A stretch of 64,000 nucleotides of DNA from Phyllosticta citribraziliensis (Eukaryota): NCBI RefSeq assembly GCF_038025025.1, contig NW_027117348.1, positions 992,001 to 1,056,000 on the forward strand, written 5' to 3'. The notes beneath the pieces were generated by a model. The model was given only the letters and a program-made list of their open reading frames with translations. It was not told the origin of the DNA and ran no database searches. Numbering within the stretch: position 1 is the stretch's first letter; every line of letters begins with the position of its first letter. The position numbers and the translations under genes were made by a program. Below, piece after piece: positions 60,576 through 64,000 of this stretch.

Positions 60576-63500
60576 ATGGCGGCACCGGAGGAAGGCCCGG
60601 CTGCCTCTGACGGTGGACGAGATAACACCGTCGCCAGCAACAACGCGCTGAAGCCATCACCAAGCCCACGCCCCGCCGCCCACCATGCCTCCGTCCGCGC
60701 ACCTGCGCTCCCCGGAGCTCAGCTCGAGCACTCGCACTCCGGAATCGCCCCTGCAGACGACTCGCTGCCGTCGGACCAGACCATGTCGACCCATTACTCG
60801 TCCGACCTGCCGTATCATTCGCCGCGCCCGGTGAGATATCACACGTCCTACCTCCCAACAAACTCTCCGCCCGTGGAGCTCTCGCCCTCGCCTTTCAACA
60901 CTCGGGTGCACGTCCGTGGCGCAGGCGACGGTGAGGCCAGCGGGGTACCAGATCCGCATGGGCCTCCGCAGGACATGCACGAGCGGCCGGGCCTGCGGCG
61001 AGAGCACGTCTCGACCGCGTCGACCGTCAGTAACGCCACGGTCAGGGCCGATCCGGCACTGCAGATGCTGAGGGCCTCCTACCCCCGCTACCCTAACCAG
61101 GCCTACTCTGCCTTGCAAAATCAGATTGACTATCCGAGATTTCCAAACCCCCCGCTCCAGGCCCATCAGCAACATCCTCCTGGGCCTCATGTGCTCCGAG
61201 CACGGAGCTCTCACCCTTCTCAGTACTCGTCCTTTTCCTCCTCCCACGTCCCCTCGCTGCATCCAGCTCAGCACCTGGCGTCCGAAATCCTCGGCCACGA
61301 GCAAGGTTCCCGAACCGCCGGAAACTCTCCCGCCGGAAGCCCTGGACTCTTTGACGTGAATCCGCCCCAAATCAGACCCGTTCTCGCGCCATCCGAAGAG
61401 ACCGGCTACTACTCGAGTCCGTACCTCCACTTTACCCATCGTCAAGTCCCCAAAGAGACGCACGTGGCCGATGTCGACGTCGATCCCATTTCGGGCCGCA
61501 AAATCATCAACCAGTACGAAATCATCGACGAACTCGGTCGTGGCGTCCATGGCAAAGTCAAGCTGGGCCGCAGCTTGGAAACGGGTCAGTACGTCGCGAT
61601 AAAGATTGTGGAACGTTATTCCAAGAGGCGCCGCTTGGGTAAGAATACAAGTCACGAGGACAAGATTCGACGCGAGATTGCCATTTTGAAAAAGGCTCGC
61701 CATCCAAACATTGTGGGATTGCTGGAGGTGATTGACGACCCGTCCCGCAAAAAGGTTTACATTGTTCTGGAGCACGTCGAAATGGGAGAAGTCCGATGGC
61801 GGACCGAGGGTGCCAAGGAAATCGTGCTCGTCGAATACCGACGATACGAACGTGAGGCAAGAGGCATATTCGACAACGAGTCTGCAGCCCTCGAAGATCA
61901 AAGAATCGTTTTGGAAGCGCAACGCCGGCGAGAAAGAGCCGAGCGTAGGCGGATGAAGAAACGGCACCGCAAGAGGCTCGAGGACTCGGACAGCCCCAAG
62001 CCCTGGAGTTTTGAATATGGCGGAGAGACTGAGGATGAAGAGACTGACAGCGAGCTTTCTCGGACTTCGACAGCTACAGACGACCGTTCAAGACACCGCA
62101 GCAGGCCTTCCACGCCAGTTGAATTCGACGCCGATCAGACCCCGCACGCGCCGCTCAACGAAAGCATGGAGCAACTTGCAGCATCGAAACATTCGACGAC
62201 CTCGCTTCCAGCCATGGGCAACGAACAAATGGAAAAGGAGACTCGCTCATCATCCGTCACTGGCCTCGAAGGTACAATGTGGGGCCCGTACGATTCCCCG
62301 CCACCTCGAGGTAGAAACCCGAGCATCGCTGGGAGCTTGACCTCGACCAAACCGGACTTGCCCGACGACCTTCCCGTTCCAGAACACTTTCGCTACGTTC
62401 CGCTAATGACCCTCCACGACGCTCGCAAAGCGTTTCGCGATACTGTTTCCGGACTGGAGTATCTCCACTACCAAGGAGTCATCCATCGAGACATTAAGCC
62501 CGCAAATCTGCTGCAAGCAAGAGACGGGCACATTAAGATTTCGGATTTCGGAGTGTCGTACTTGGGCCGCCGTTCAGCGACGTCCTATGGCAACGGTGAC
62601 GATCAATCAGAATCGGACGCGCAGGATGTCGACGAGGCGATTGAGCTGGCCAAGACGGTCGGCACGCCCGCCTTTTATGCGCCAGAGCTCTGCCAGACCG
62701 ACGCTGACAACGACCCCTTGCCCGTGACCCTGCAGATTGACGTTTGGGCTCTTGGAGTCACGCTGTACTGCTTGGTGTTTGGCCGCGTTCCATTTCATGA
62801 CTTGAACACGTTTGTTGTCATGAGACTCATTGCAGAAGAAGAAGTTTACATTCCCCGCTTTCGGCTGAGGGCCGTTGACGATCGAACAACCTCCCGCCCC
62901 AACTCTCACAGCCGGTTGTGGAGCAGCATGGCGAGAGATAGGCGAGCCCACCACGAACTCGTCTACGAAGAGGTCGACGAGGAGCTTTATGATCTTTTGC
63001 GAAGGCTCCTTGTCAAAGATCCGCGACGACGCATCACTTTGCCCGAGGTGAAGCATCATCCTTGGGTGCTGCGCGATCTTGAGCACCCGCTCGTGTGGCT
63101 TGAGCAATCCGACCCTGCACGCGTCCCCGACTACAAGAAGATTGAAGTTTCCAGAGAGGATGTCGACGACGCCGTCGTTCAACTCAATCTGTTGGAGCGT
63201 GTCAAGTCAGGCATGCGGAAGCTCGGCGGGGCGCTCGGTATTGGACCCAAGACGCCGGCGCCTGGGAGAAAGCGGGGGAAGAGCGGCACTGGTGAAGGGC
63301 TATCAGCAACGTCGTCGAGCAGCACCATCAGCCAGGATCTTCGGAGAGCCAGCATCAGGCCGGACGAAATTAGCGCTCTATTGAAAGCCTCCAGGGAAGG
63401 TGAACACCCACTATCCAAAAGTGTCACCGCCAGCCCTGAGCTCAGAGAACGCCCACAGTTTTTCATAGGTCCGTATTCAAGGCCAGCAACCCCCGAAGGC

Positions 63501-64000
63501 GCCGAATATGACGACCCGGACGCGTCTCCGAGAGCCAACAACAGCGATAAGCACCACAAGTTGAGTTTTGCCTCGCGAGCCGAGTCGAGCATGAACACGG
63601 GTGGCTCCATTCGGACAATTAAGCAGTCAGACTTTGAATATGTCTCGCAACGTCGAGGCGTATCGCCAACCATGCCACAGGGCGTTCCGAGCACGCCACT
63701 CACGCTGGACCCCCCGGGTGCATCCAACCTGAGTGGATTGTTTGGCGGAGCTGGCCGCCGCATTCTGCGTTCTGTGAGGAGCAAAGAAAGACGCGCGGAT
63801 ACCACCAGGCCTCGCAGCCGCAATCCCTCGGTCGATCGTTTGGCGACTGGAGATGACGATGCCCACGGTGAACCGAGCATCGCGTTGAGCGAAGCTTGTG
63901 CAGCAGGTCAAGTCGATCAGCCTCCTCTGCTCAAGGAGAGTCCCGTCACAGGTAGCGCTGCTGCAAGCCCAGGGTCGCCTGCTTCGCGGTCCAATACCGA
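60576..64000 (+). CDS. SAK1: Snf1-activating Ser/Thr kinase (Sak1/Tos3/Ssp1, CaMKK family); runs off the right edge
   Basis: Frame appears open from ATG 60576 (second ATG 60783): KETH..DPISGRKIINQYEIIDELGRGVHGKVKLG, VAIK, REIAILKK, long insert, GLEYLHYQGVIHRDIKPANLL, KISDFGVS, ELAKTVGTPAFYAPE, DVWALGVTLYC. Confidence 0.92.
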   Translation, partial: MAAPEEGPAASDGGRDNTVASNNALKPSPSPRPAAHHASVRAPALPGAQLEHSHSGIAPADDSLPSDQTMSTHYSSDLPYHSPRPVRYHTSYLPTNSPPVELSPSPFNTRVHVRGAGDGEASGVPDPHGPPQDMHERPGLRREHVSTASTVSNATVRADPALQMLRASYPRYPNQAYSALQNQIDYPRFPNPPLQAHQQHPPGPHVLRARSSHPSQYSSFSSSHVPSLHPAQHLASEILGHEQGSRTAGNSPAGSPGLFDVNPPQIRPVLAPSEETGYYSSPYLHFTHRQVPKETHVADVDVDPISGRKIINQYEIIDELGRGVHGKVKLGRSLETGQYVAIKIVERYSKRRRLGKNTSHEDKIRREIAILKKARHPNIVGLLEVIDDPSRKKVYIVLEHVEMGEVRWRTEGAKEIVLVEYRRYEREARGIFDNESAALEDQRIVLEAQRRRERAERRRMKKRHRKRLEDSDSPKPWSFEYGGETEDEETDSELSRTSTATDDRSRHRSRPSTPVEFDADQTPHAPLNESMEQLAASKHSTTSLPAMGNEQMEKETRSSSVTGLEGTMWGPYDSPPPRGRNPSIAGSLTSTKPDLPDDLPVPEHFRYVPLMTLHDARKAFRDTVSGLEYLHYQGVIHRDIKPANLLQARDGHIKISDFGVSYLGRRSATSYGNGDDQSESDAQDVDEAIELAKTVGTPAFYAPELCQTDADNDPLPVTLQIDVWALGVTLYCLVFGRVPFHDLNTFVVMRLIAEEEVYIPRFRLRAVDDRTTSRPNSHSRLWSSMARDRRAHHELVYEEVDEELYDLLRRLLVKDPRRRITLPEVKHHPWVLRDLEHPLVWLEQSDPARVPDYKKIEVSREDVDDAVVQLNLLERVKSGMRKLGGALGIGPKTPAPGRKRGKSGTGEGLSATSSSSTISQDLRRASIRPDEISALLKASREGEHPLSKSVTASPELRERPQFFIGPYSRPATPEGAEYDDPDASPRANNSDKHHKLSFASRAESSMNTGGSIRTIKQSDFEYVSQRRGVSPTMPQGVPSTPLTLDPPGASNLSGLFGGAGRRILRSVRSKERRADTTRPRSRNPSVDRLATGDDDAHGEPSIALSEACAAGQVDQPPLLKESPVTGSAAASPGSPASRSNT

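Overview
GC-rich, intron-containing genomic DNA of a filamentous ascomycete (Pezizomycotina; Dothideomycete-like, which is an inference). It holds about 23 protein-coding genes, mostly housekeeping: SOD-like mitoribosomal mS42/mS43, COQ10, TRM140, CCC1/VIT1, LTO1, ALG10, PSF2, LYAR, ERV2, BCAT, GPD1, a Siw14-like phosphatase, GPI10 and SAK1. There are also three MFS transporters, a secreted phosphoesterase and several GPI/surface proteins. Four results are not visible in the ORF track. (1) A U2 spliceosomal snRNA gene (17600-17848, minus) is interrupted by a 56-nt mRNA-type GT-AG intron inserted exactly after the branch-point recognition sequence GUAGUA. (2) A secreted PhlG-like 2,4-diacetylphloroglucinol hydrolase gene, with an apparent 1-nt frameshift, lies between two copies of the ERV2 3' end. 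(3) Six back-to-back TATA-box pairs recur every ~520-650 bp in a gap with no recognisable gene between two convergent genes (47.7-50.7 kb). (4) A 61-bp/20-bp composite satellite carries RIP-type mutations and has dispersed and inverted copies of its core motif. All calls are by eye; no database searches were run, and exon boundaries are given only where checked.
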